The notes beneath the pieces were generated by a model that had not been told where the DNA came from, ran no database searches, and saw only the letters and a list, made by a program, of their open reading frames with translations. Positions 48,201-55,972 of a stretch of DNA of 64,000 nt are shown one piece after another. Numbering within the stretch: position 1 is the stretch's first letter; each line of letters opens with the position of its first letter. Made by a program: the position numbers and the translations under genes. Source of the stretch: an uncultured Acidobacteriota bacterium (GTDB taxonomy: Bacteria; Acidobacteriota; Blastocatellia; RBC074); NCBI GenBank assembly GCA_963796275.1, contig CAWCKY010000004.1:704001-768000 (forward strand), in the 5' to 3' direction.

Positions 48201-48873
48201 CACCGCCCGCCAGGTGGCAGGTCAGAGTGGTCGTACCGATTCCACTCCAGGTGCTGCCACTCGGACCAAATAGTCCATAATTGTTGCCGGCGATGCTGAC
48301 GCCGAGAATGTTGCCGTTATTGGCGAAGATCGTGGGCTGACCGCTAAACGTGACCGTCGGGTTGCTGCCATTCGTCCTGACATAAACGAACGGCATGCCG
48401 CGGCCGACGCGAGTCGTCATGGGCCCGAAATTGAAATCGACTGCCCAATCACTGAAGTCGCTAACATTCACCACTCCGGCATTCAGACCCGTCACACCCA
48501 CCGTCAAATCCGGCTGAAATGGCTTATTGAACCAGGTCCCATTATTGTTGACGGTCGGATAGTATCCGGCAACTAATCCGTTTGCGGTCACCTGAATCGA
48601 GAGCGGCTCCGGAAACATGTAGATCGGGCCGGGAGCGAATCCGAGCGGGCTCCAATACTTAGAAGTCCAAAACTTGTGGGTCGGAATCGCGCCCCCATGT
48701 GTTTGATAGATCGTGCTCTGAGGAGCCGCCGCTCCCGCCGGCACCACCGTCGTATAGCTCCCCGCACCCGCTCCCACCGTCTGAGCGCTGACTGTGCCGG
48801 AGCAAATCCATAATGTTAGAAATAGCAAAGCAGACCGGCCGATGTTAAATGGGACAAAGTATCGCTGATGCAT
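45256..48873 (-). CDS. Secreted GH81 endo-beta-1,3-glucanase with FN3, ConA/DUF1349-like and C-terminal accessory domains
   Basis: Signal peptide; DHHFHYGY, R.FD.Y.GHSWA.G and NEESTSEA catalytic region; FN3 (PPANLSA....SSINLTW); GAGADIWGTAD.F.FVY module. Confidence 0.9.
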   Translation of the reverse strand: MHQRYFVPFNIGRSALLFLTLWICSGTVSAQTVGAGAGSYTTVVPAGAAAPQSTIYQTHGGAIPTHKFWTSKYWSPLGFAPGPIYMFPEPLSIQVTANGLVAGYYPTVNNNGTWFNKPFQPDLTVGVTGLNAGVVNVSDFSDWAVDFNFGPMTTRVGRGMPFVYVRTNGSNPTVTFSGQPTIFANNGNILGVSIAGNNYGLFGPSGSTWSGIGTTTLTCHLAGGATYFSLAILPNQSALSTFASRAFSFPIDTAVSWDYDQNNSRVSTTYTVTTQSMDGVSQGFLMALYPHQYAALQGPINTAFTYASPRGPMRVLSSTSFTTVDTFNGILPYLPRTANYNAATLQGLLNSVVNEGNHFTAGDTYFLGKQLNRIAQLLPIAQASDQNAFNSLLDSLKGQLQSWFNANGKSTRLFYYDDNWGSLIGYPASFGSDTALVDHHFHYGYWIQAAAMVGLYDRNWISSNNWGGMVDLLLRDIASIERGDSLFPFLRNFDVYAGHSWASGQAPFGDGGNEESTSEAINAWAGMIMFGALTGNTQLRDAGIWLYTQETNAAFYYWFNAGSVNTFPAGFNRTQITNLFDAKSDTATWFGAQPGFAHGIQFLPFTGASLYLGRDPAYSQRNFNEVLNLSGGGLPDWPDLMQMYEAFFDPADAINRWNNTTFTEDGETRAHQYAWLQSLAALGRVHTAVTADWPFYAVFRNPSSGVVTHVAFNPSGSSVTVNFSDGASLTVPAGAQVSDNGASQPSVPSPPANLSAVAVSSSSINLTWTASATSGATYNVFRGTASGFTPSPSNQIASGITGTAYSNTGLAASTAYFYRVTAVNTAGSSSPSNQAGATTLPSGGGGGGLPSLWQNADVGSTGAAGSASHSSGTFTVRGAGADIWGTADGFQFVYQSLIGNGQIVARVTSVQSTDPWAKAGVMIRESLASGSKHALMSVTPGNGLAFQQRTSTNGLSTHTSGGASGVPAWVRLNRSGNTITAHRSSNGSTWTQVGTTTISMAAQVFIGLAVTSHAAGCLNASSFDNVQVSGGGTAFSNSLYVLDGAAVGTSGQLSATPGAGALTDTIPGAGGANHDGMPANSLVYTVSGLTAAFDPTRSTQFTLYVDPGAHVGDAVQVRVSYDFTGDGTFDRVETYRYFATNDISGWEAYTHANGLLSASGSFANLTNGRVRIEVWAVLGTQAIQLRTSASMTNGQQSLITIPYVN

Positions 48874-49157
48874 GGTTCCTCCTGATTTTCGTTAATTGAC
48901 GGTGGTTGATGTCGGTGGTTGATGGATACATCCTCGTCGTTCTTAATAGTGACAGGTGACAAGTGACAAGAACTATTTTTATAATGCCGATCTAATGCCG
49001 CGACGAAAATGTATCGCATAAATGTATCGCACACGAACATAACTATGTGGATGCAAGAACTGTCAACGACATTACAGTTACGTAACAGATAGAAAACAGT
49101 TATGAAGTGACAATTACGGATAAAAACACGGCAATTTAACTCTGGAATGACAAATAT

Positions 49158-50501
49158 ATGTTGACAGCAGGGATAACTGGCGCAGCCTCTCCGGCGCCGA
49201 CGGCTCAGGAGATTAGGGGCCTGCTGGAAAGAATTCTCAGCAGCAAACAATTCGCTAATGCGCCGAAGAAGCAAAAATTCCTCCAGCTGATCTGTGAGAC
49301 ATACATGGCGGGGCGGGCGGATGAGTTGAACGAGTATCTGATTGGGTACGAAGTATTCAATCGTCATGACACTTATAATCCTGCGCTCGACCCGATCGTT
49401 CGCGTCGGGGCTCACGAGTTGAGAAAGAAACTGGAGCATTACTACAAGAGCGAAGGGAAAAATGACGAGATCCTACTTGAAATTCCGGTCGGGAGTTACA
49501 TCCCTATCTTCACTCGGCGTCCCCTAGCATCGGAAACGATCGAGCCTGCCCAAGCGCCCAGTGCTCCCCCCGTTTCACCCATACGCCTCGGGATGTCCTG
49601 GTTCACCTTGATCGGTTTGGCATTTATCCTTTTGATCGTGGCGGTCATCTTGCTGGCATCCTCCAACCGGCAGTTACGACAGCAAATTAAAGAAGGTGTT
49701 CCGCCGAAGGAACTCACGGAGAATTATCGTCTGATCTGGGAGCCTTTCTTGAAGGATGGGTCTCCGACCCTGGTTGTGCTGAGCAATCCCACCGTCTATC
49801 GTTTTTGGAACAAGGCTGATCCTGACTCTTTGTCCTCCATATCCATAAATCTCACGGCGGCAGAGACCGCCGCTTTGGCAAAGACGCTCGGACGCGAACA
49901 ATTTGCCCTGAAGAATAATCTGCTGCCGCGGCTCGTACCCTCCTCCGACGAATATACCGGCCTCGGTGAGGCTGTCGGGCTCTATCGAATCGCTACGCTT
50001 TTCACGGGAATCGGCCGGAATATAAGGCTGAAGCAGAGCCGGACAGTCAGCGCCGAAGACTTGAAGAATAACCACGTAATTATGTTGGGAAGTGTCTGGG
50101 TCAACGAATGGTCGGGGAAGGTCTCGATCAAAGAAGATTTCGTTAGCAGCGCGGGCGGGACCATCCTGAACAAGAATCCGCTACCGGGAGAGCAACGAGA
50201 ATACAGCGCCAAATTCGATGGAACGACCGGTAGGCTGATCGAAGACTATAGCTTGATCACCATCAAGCCCAACATCTCGGATAAGCATACGGTTCTGGTG
50301 CTGGCCGGCACTCACAGCGAGGGGACTGAAGCTGCAGCCGAGTATTTAACCGGCGAGGATCGTTTAGCAGCCCTCAACCAACGGCTACTCGCATTTGATC
50401 CCACTCCCCCTAAATACTTTCAGGTCTTGCTTAAGGTCGCCATCGATAACGGGATTCCTACCACTATCTCGACCGTAACAGTTCACAAACTTCACTACTG
50501 A
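49158..50501 (+). CDS. Membrane-anchored putative regulator (cytoplasmic wHTH-like N-domain, one TM, extracytoplasmic domain)
   Basis: LERILSS..F...FL......LNEY.IG.EVF.R...Y.P..DPIVRV...LR.KL..YY...EIP.GSY.P.F; TM WFTLIGLAFILLIVAVILLA. Confidence 0.75.
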   Translation: MLTAGITGAASPAPTAQEIRGLLERILSSKQFANAPKKQKFLQLICETYMAGRADELNEYLIGYEVFNRHDTYNPALDPIVRVGAHELRKKLEHYYKSEGKNDEILLEIPVGSYIPIFTRRPLASETIEPAQAPSAPPVSPIRLGMSWFTLIGLAFILLIVAVILLASSNRQLRQQIKEGVPPKELTENYRLIWEPFLKDGSPTLVVLSNPTVYRFWNKADPDSLSSISINLTAAETAALAKTLGREQFALKNNLLPRLVPSSDEYTGLGEAVGLYRIATLFTGIGRNIRLKQSRTVSAEDLKNNHVIMLGSVWVNEWSGKVSIKEDFVSSAGGTILNKNPLPGEQREYSAKFDGTTGRLIEDYSLITIKPNISDKHTVLVLAGTHSEGTEAAAEYLTGEDRLAALNQRLLAFDPTPPKYFQVLLKVAIDNGIPTTISTVTVHKLHY

Positions 50502-50717
50502 TTGAGAAATCAGACAAGAGCCATCGGCTCTTGCCACAATGTTGACCAATATCAGTTTCGTATTTCATGCACACAGCTACTGCGGTATTCAGACGGAGAA
50601 GTAGATATCAATATCGCATTCCAGCCGCATTAGCCTTTAGGAGCGCAGCGATTGCGCTGCAAGGATTGAGCTTAGCCCGGCCTTGATGGTTTTTGAAAAA
50701 ATAATCTAACCATAATG

Positions 50718-50756
50718 CATTACCTAAATGCATTACCTAAACAATCATTACCTAAA
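50718..50756. repeat. Three copies of CATTACCTAAA
   Basis: Copies start at 50718, 50731 and 50746. Confidence 0.6.
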
Positions 50757-50770
50757 CTTTCGTCGAAATG

Positions 50771-50872
50771 AGCCCACGTAGTGGGCGATAGCATAAAGCC
50801 CGGGGTGGAGCCGAAGGCGTAACCCTGGGTTGGTCAACACCAAATCGCACGAGCCCACGAAGTGGGCGACAG
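50771..50872. repeat. REP/REPIN family B
   Basis: agcccacgtagtgggcgatag ... agcccggggtggagccgaaggcgtaaccctggg ... agcccacgaagtgggcgacag. Confidence 0.75.
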
Positions 50873-50974
50873 ACCTCGAATTTGCGCGCCTTGATCCCGA
50901 ACTCAGCCGCCCGTTTCACGTCACGAACCATATATTTATGACGCACTCAGACTTCGCCTCCACCCTGGGCTGGG

Positions 50975-51996
50975 CTATATTCGCGTCTTGTCTGGGTGCA
51001 GCGTCAGTCCGGCTTGCGCCGTCCATTGCTGCACCAGCTCCAAGGCGTTTTGGGCTTCAGCTTCGCTGCGGCACAGGATCACGAAGTCATCGGCATAGCG
51101 CACCATCTCGAATCCGGCCGGCTTGCCATCAGCTGGTCCAGCGGATCGAGATAGATGTTAGACAGCAGCGGACTGATCACTGCTCCTTGCGGCGTCCCTG
51201 CTTCTGGCTTCCAGCTCTTCGCCAGCTCGCTCCAGGACTCCCTGTTTGAGGATACTTGCTGATCAAGCTCCAGCACTCGCCCGTCAGCGACCTTCTCCTC
51301 ACTCGCGGCATCAGCAACTGCTCGTGCGGAATCGTGTCGAAGTAGCTTTTCAGGTCGGCGTCGACGATCCACGTGTATCCTTCCTTGAGCAGTTGATCCA
51401 CTCGTCGCAGCGCATCTTTGCAGCCTCGTCCGGGTCGGAACCCATAGCTGTGTTCGGCGAAGTCCCGTTCGAAGATCGGTTCGATGACGTGGCCGCAGCG
51501 CCGTCTTGCACCACTCGGTCGCGCACCGTCGGTATACCCAGCGGTCGCTTCTCCCTGCTTCCTGGCTTGGCGTATCCATTCCCGCCGTACTCGCTTGCGG
51601 TTGATAACTCCCTTCCTGCAGCTGTTCGCGACAGTTGCTCAGGTTCTGCTTCCAAGTCTGCTGCTCGAACATCTCTATCGTCTGATGGTCTACTCCGGCC
51701 GCTCCGTCGTTGGCTTTCACTTTCGCAAACGCCGCCGCTACAGCATCCGCGGCGCGTACGACCTTATCTATCAGGCTGAACCATTTGCCTCCTTTTACCC
51801 CCTCTTCGAGGGCCGTCAACATCCGTTCCGTCCAGACCGCAGGTTCGACCCAGCCCAGCGGGCGCTGGATTTCTCCGGCTTGTTTAGCTTCTCAGGCACT
51901 GCCGCCGGTCTGTGTTTCCTTCGTGTCGGTCGTTCACGTCTCCACCTTCCTGCGCTCCCTTCGCTCCACTCCCGTTACGGAGCTTCATCGCTACTG
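50975..51996 (-). mobile_element. ltrA: Degenerate, doubly truncated group II intron (RT/maturase pseudogene plus part of the ribozyme DII/DIII region)
   Basis: Spread across frames: VWTERMLTALEEGVKGGKWFSLIDKV, KRPLGIPTVRDRVVQ, VDADLKSYFDTI, GTPQGAVISPLLSNIYL, RYADDFVI, LHPDKTRI. The 5' gtagcgatgaag...ggagcgaaggg resembles DIII. Confidence 0.9.
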
Positions 51997-52180
51997 TCGC
52001 GCGCTTCGCGGCCGATTCGGCGGCAAAGATGAGATGGAAAGATTATTTTTTCAAAGACCATCAAGACCGGGCTAATCCTCAATCGCCGCTATTGCGGCTT
52101 AGGAAATAACTCTTTATGCAACTGAAAAACGCTATTAATCTATAGCTGAGGAAAATCGGCACATCGCAAAACAGCGTTAA

Positions 52181-53398
52181 TCACATGAAATTCCGCGTAT
52201 GCAATCCAGCAAGCTCTGCAGCTTCCGCATCGCCGAATCCCAGCTTCTCCAACCGCCCCTTACGTCCTGCGTGCATTTCAGTCTTCAACATTTGCACATG
52301 AGCATAGCCGGCGGCAATATCCTGCGGTCTCCACGACCCCGCCGCCAGCAGAATCAACGCTTCAAACACCTCTTCGTTCAGTCCAGCAGTCTGGGCCAGC
52401 GCCTCGTGCCGCCTGGTGATGGCCATCGCCAAACGCTCGCGTAACGCGGGGTCACCCGCGAGCTGGTACTGCAAATGGCCGACGCCGAATGCCACGTGGC
52501 GTGCTTCGTCCTGCGCCACCAACCGAACGATCTCGCGCGTGAGCGGATCGGGCGCTCGTCGTTCCAGAAACCAGAGCAGGTTCAGAAACGTCCCTTCGCC
52601 CAGCACCGAAAGCAGAAACGATGCTAGCGCGAAGTCCGGCTCATCCAACAGCGTCTTGAGCGATTGCTGCCCGCTTACTGTAGATAAGCCCAGCTCTCTG
52701 CCGCGCAACGCCGCGCGGCGCGTGAAGACCTCGACGTGGCGTGCTTCATCCGCGATCTGTATGGCGAGCAATTGCAGGACTTCCCGAAAATGCGGATGAA
52801 TTTGGGCTATGAAGCGGGCCGGCACCTGCAATGCCGCATTCTCGTTCTCGATGAGATAGGTCATCACCTGGACGACCGCCTGCTCCACCTCTTCATCAAG
52901 CTCGAACGGCTCATCCCATTTAATCGCGGTCTGTGGATTCCATTGCGCAGCAGCCGCCTGCGCATAAAGTTTCGGGGCATTCTCGGCCCAAACCTGCTCT
53001 TTCGTCTGAAGAACATAGTGAAAAGCCGGCCCACCTGCTTCGACCGCGGCCCCGCGTGCGGCGAATCCCCAGTTGGCCGGCGGAGTCGCATTCACCGCAC
53101 CATCCACCCGCGCGTCGGCCCAACCCGCTCGCTCGGCCTGCCGCCAGCGCCCGTCCGCCGCGGCTCCGCGCACAATCCAGGCGACGAACCGATCATCTCC
53201 ATCCACATATTCATGCCCCTGCGCACGACACCAGCCGCGCAGATGCACGGCAAAATCCGGAGCGGCGGCGCGCACGCCGAGCCTGCCGCCGGCGGGCAAT
53301 TCGCGCAAGGCCCTTTTGAGAAGCATATGCGCGCCGGAGGCGAATGAGAGCGCCTCAATATCGATAATCCGAGATGGTGATGTTTCCGTGGTCGTCAT
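52181..53398 (-). CDS. TusA/SirA-like N-domain fused to a ferritin-like diiron-carboxylate domain
   Basis: ID...L.......LKRALR.LP.G..L.V......LRGWCR.QGH lacks the TusA CPxP; E..E/DEARH and EG.F/DEARH diiron ligand pairs. Confidence 0.8.
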   Translation of the reverse strand: MTTTETSPSRIIDIEALSFASGAHMLLKRALRELPAGGRLGVRAAAPDFAVHLRGWCRAQGHEYVDGDDRFVAWIVRGAAADGRWRQAERAGWADARVDGAVNATPPANWGFAARGAAVEAGGPAFHYVLQTKEQVWAENAPKLYAQAAAAQWNPQTAIKWDEPFELDEEVEQAVVQVMTYLIENENAALQVPARFIAQIHPHFREVLQLLAIQIADEARHVEVFTRRAALRGRELGLSTVSGQQSLKTLLDEPDFALASFLLSVLGEGTFLNLLWFLERRAPDPLTREIVRLVAQDEARHVAFGVGHLQYQLAGDPALRERLAMAITRRHEALAQTAGLNEEVFEALILLAAGSWRPQDIAAGYAHVQMLKTEMHAGRKGRLEKLGFGDAEAAELAGLHTRNFM

Positions 53399-54236
53399 AA
53401 AACTTCAACTCCTCCACGGCCCGTTCTAGCATCTGATAGCCGGTAATGCGCCCGGGCCTCCACGCCTTCAATCCCTCCAGGTCAAGCAGCGGGCGAACCT
53501 CCGCATCATCGTAAGACATTCCCAGCAACAACTCGCGAAAGCGGTTCATAGGTTCGCGCGGCGCGTCATCGAGCGCGGTGAAATTGCAATGATCGTATGG
53601 AGCGGTCTGTGCCAGCACGCGCGTCGCTCCCGCCGGCAGCGTCCCTTCGTTGATAAATAGCAGGTGATTAGCGTCGATCATACAGGCAGCATCCACAGCG
53701 CCGGCAATCAGGGCGCGCGCTGCATCGCGCTCTCCTCCGATGTGATCTCCGTGTTTGCCGACCAGCATGTCATAGCGCACCACTTCGCAATCGACAAAGG
53801 GGTGCCCCCCATTCGCCCGCAAGTGAGAGAGCGGCAAAAGCGTGGCCTGCGGCGAATCTAACGCGCCGACGCCGATCTTCTTTCCCTTCAAATCTGCGAT
53901 GGATTGAATCGGTGAATCCGCTTTGATCACGATGACCGAAGTCAGGTTCTGATCCGTATCGCGCATCGCAATAGCTTCGGCTCGCTTCCCATGCGATCTG
54001 GCCAGCCGTTCCGCTCGCACCCACGCCAGCGGCGAGTTCCAGGCGATATGGAAGTGCCCCGCGAGATGCGCCTCGACCTGGCGCTCATAGTTTGAATAGA
54101 GCACATAATCAAAGGCCAAACCGTTTTTATTGAACCATCCTTTAAATCCTTCCCAGATAGTGACCACTTTCGGATCGTAAGCAACAGCACCAAGTATCAA
54201 AGTTTCGTTATTCATAATAAATTTGTGGTTAACCAT
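53355..54236 (-). CDS. PhnD/SsuA-fold solute-binding-family protein without signal peptide
   Basis: LGAVAYDPKVVTIW, SVIVIK.DS.I..IADLKGK.IG.G..DS...T; no hydrophobic N-terminus. Alternative start 54215. Confidence 0.82.
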   Translation of the reverse strand: MVNHKFIMNNETLILGAVAYDPKVVTIWEGFKGWFNKNGLAFDYVLYSNYERQVEAHLAGHFHIAWNSPLAWVRAERLARSHGKRAEAIAMRDTDQNLTSVIVIKADSPIQSIADLKGKKIGVGALDSPQATLLPLSHLRANGGHPFVDCEVVRYDMLVGKHGDHIGGERDAARALIAGAVDAACMIDANHLLFINEGTLPAGATRVLAQTAPYDHCNFTALDDAPREPMNRFRELLLGMSYDDAEVRPLLDLEGLKAWRPGRITGYQMLERAVEELKFYDDHGNITISDYRY

Positions 54237-54280
54237 AATTTCAATGAATTCAAGAGAAATCAGAGCTCAACCGACAATCA

Positions 54281-55420
54281 TTAAAAAAGCGGCAGGCCCG
54301 TTAGCGACTTGCCGATGAAATCGTAGAGCGCGTCCGCGGTCGGAGCCATGACGACCGAGGCGCGCGCATCGCGAAAGTTCCGCTCCACGCCGATTTCCTT
54401 TCGGAATGCCGCGCCGCCGCACAGCCTCATCGCGAGATCGGTAACTTCCGTGGCGATCTCGCCTGCTGCGGCTTTGCTTTCGAGCACCCTCATCATCGCG
54501 TCCGCGCGTCCGCTTGCGAGCGCGGCGAGCGCGTCATCCAACAATGCTCGCAGGAGGTCGACCTTGATCTTCATCTTCGCGAGATATGCGCGATTAATCG
54601 GCTGGTCGGCCAGCGTCTGGTTGAGGTGCTCATAACGCGTCGTCGTCAGGTGTGTGATGGTCTTCTGGAGCGCCGCCTCGCTGATGCCGAGCGAAATGGA
54701 CGCGCTCATCAACTGAAAATAAGGCAGGACGGTTCCCATCATAATCTCGAAGCCCTGCCCATCCGCGCCGAGTATCGCATTCGCGCCGACGATCACGGCC
54801 TCCGCCTGCACGGGCGACGAGTGATTGCCGCGCATGCCCATTCCGTTAAAAGGCGCGTTGATGCTCAATCCCGCGGCATTTGCCGGCACCAGCCAGATCG
54901 TGCTCGCGCCATCGGCCGCTAACGGCTTACTCGACCAGACGTACGAATCGGCCTGCCCGGCGGATGTCGCCCAGCTCTTCTTGGCGTCCAGACGCACGCC
55001 GTTATCCGCTCTGATCGCCGTGCTCAGCGGCGCCCAGAATTGGCTGCGCGAACCGCTCTCGGAGAAAGCGAGCGTAGTGATATGTTGGCCGCGCGCTACG
55101 TCTGCACGCACGTCGCGCGGGCCGAACGCTTCGATGACGGCCGCGCCGCAATAATGCATGCAAACGATCATCGCCGTCGAAGCGCATTCGCGGGAGATGC
55201 GCTCGACCACCTGCACGGCGGCGCGATGTCCTTCGCCCAGACCGCCGATATTCTTGCTGCTGATAAGACCCAGCAGACCGGCTTGTCCCATGGCCGTCAG
55301 CGCGGCGCGCGGAAAAGCGCCGGAGCTATCTGTTTCAGCGGCCGCAGGCGCGATGATTTCTATTGAAATGCGCTCGATTAGCTCGAGCCAGGAAGGTGCA
55401 TTCGTGGCTACCATATACAT
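54281..55420 (-). CDS. Acyl-CoA dehydrogenase family flavoprotein
   Basis: FP......MG..GLLG, LAFSE.GS.S, K.W.TS, GM.GN.S, CGG.AF...VER.FRDARA motifs; GGAGG RBS. Confidence 0.92.
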   Translation of the reverse strand: MYMVATNAPSWLELIERISIEIIAPAAAETDSSGAFPRAALTAMGQAGLLGLISSKNIGGLGEGHRAAVQVVERISRECASTAMIVCMHYCGAAVIEAFGPRDVRADVARGQHITTLAFSESGSRSQFWAPLSTAIRADNGVRLDAKKSWATSAGQADSYVWSSKPLAADGASTIWLVPANAAGLSINAPFNGMGMRGNHSSPVQAEAVIVGANAILGADGQGFEIMMGTVLPYFQLMSASISLGISEAALQKTITHLTTTRYEHLNQTLADQPINRAYLAKMKIKVDLLRALLDDALAALASGRADAMMRVLESKAAAGEIATEVTDLAMRLCGGAAFRKEIGVERNFRDARASVVMAPTADALYDFIGKSLTGLPLF

Positions 55421-55497
55421 AACCTCCGCCCGGATAGACTGATGTCTTGTTGTATAGCTCTGGCTTCGGAGCCCACGCGCTCCCAGGAGGCGAGTGA

Positions 55498-55560
55498 CTA
55501 ACGAAGGCAGGAGAATCGCATCACGTGCGATTGTGGATTAACTCATCGGTAGAATCCCAT
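55498..55560 (-). CDS. Candidate leader peptide MGFYR(UGA)VNPQSHVMRFSCLR*, or 5-aa MGFYR* without readthrough
   Basis: AAAGGA RBS 5 nt before ATG 55560; in-frame TGA at 55545-55543; hairpin AATCGCA-CGTGA-TGCGATT starts 11 nt after it; TAG at 55500-55498. Confidence 0.45.
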
Positions 55561-55598
55561 ATGATTCCTTTATTCGTACTTAAAGTGGATGAGAAGTG

Positions 55599-55627
55599 AT
55601 GGTATACGAGAAGAGTGTGAAAAACAA
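55599..55627 (-). promoter_or_regulatory. sigma70-type promoter TTGTTT-N17-TACCAT for the leader and acyl-CoA dehydrogenase operon
   Basis: -35 at 55627-55622 and -10 at 55604-55599. Confidence 0.45.
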
Positions 55628-55830
55628 AAAAGCCTGGATCGTCGCGTTGAATTAGCCGTATATCTTTGGCCTTTGCAAAATAAATGCAACACCATAAATC
55701 CCCCCCGAGGTAGTCGGTCGATCGTTAAGTCCCAACCTAACTGATCCTCTTTTCACCAATCCCGCCCATTCCGTCGGTGGTTTTCGTGAAAGATGCTGCT
55801 TCACGCGAAAATTCAGGCAATGATAAGCCT

Positions 55831-55911
55831 ACTACCTAACGCCATATTTTTTTCTTGCACCTGTGGTAAAAACCTTTGTAAAATTATCGAGTTGGAAGGC
55901 GTTAGGGTAAG
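55831..55911 (+). promoter_or_regulatory. Promoter TTGCAC-N18-TAAAAT flanked by inverted CCTAACGCC / GGCGTTAGG
   Basis: -35 at 55855-55860; -10 at 55879-55884; IR arms at 55835-55843 and 55898-55906. Confidence 0.55.
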
Positions 55912-55972
55912 TAATACGTTCTTTTCGATTCGCTCGAGATCATTTCAAATCGAACTCTTCGTCTGAGGAGCC

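Noticed and set aside
47530-49439. ORFs 47530..48273 (+) and 48816..49439 (-)
   Set aside because: They overlap GH81 or the regulator in antisense, with atypical composition and no family motifs.
50975-51996. RT as a retron, DGR or defence RT
   Set aside because: The RT0 region, GTPQG/YADD context and DIII-like RNA are group II intron features; no msr/msd, TR/VR or accessory gene was seen.
53355-54236. Phosphonate ABC transport system (phnD)
   Set aside because: No signal peptide, no phnC/phnE or C-P lyase genes, and it is embedded between enzyme genes.
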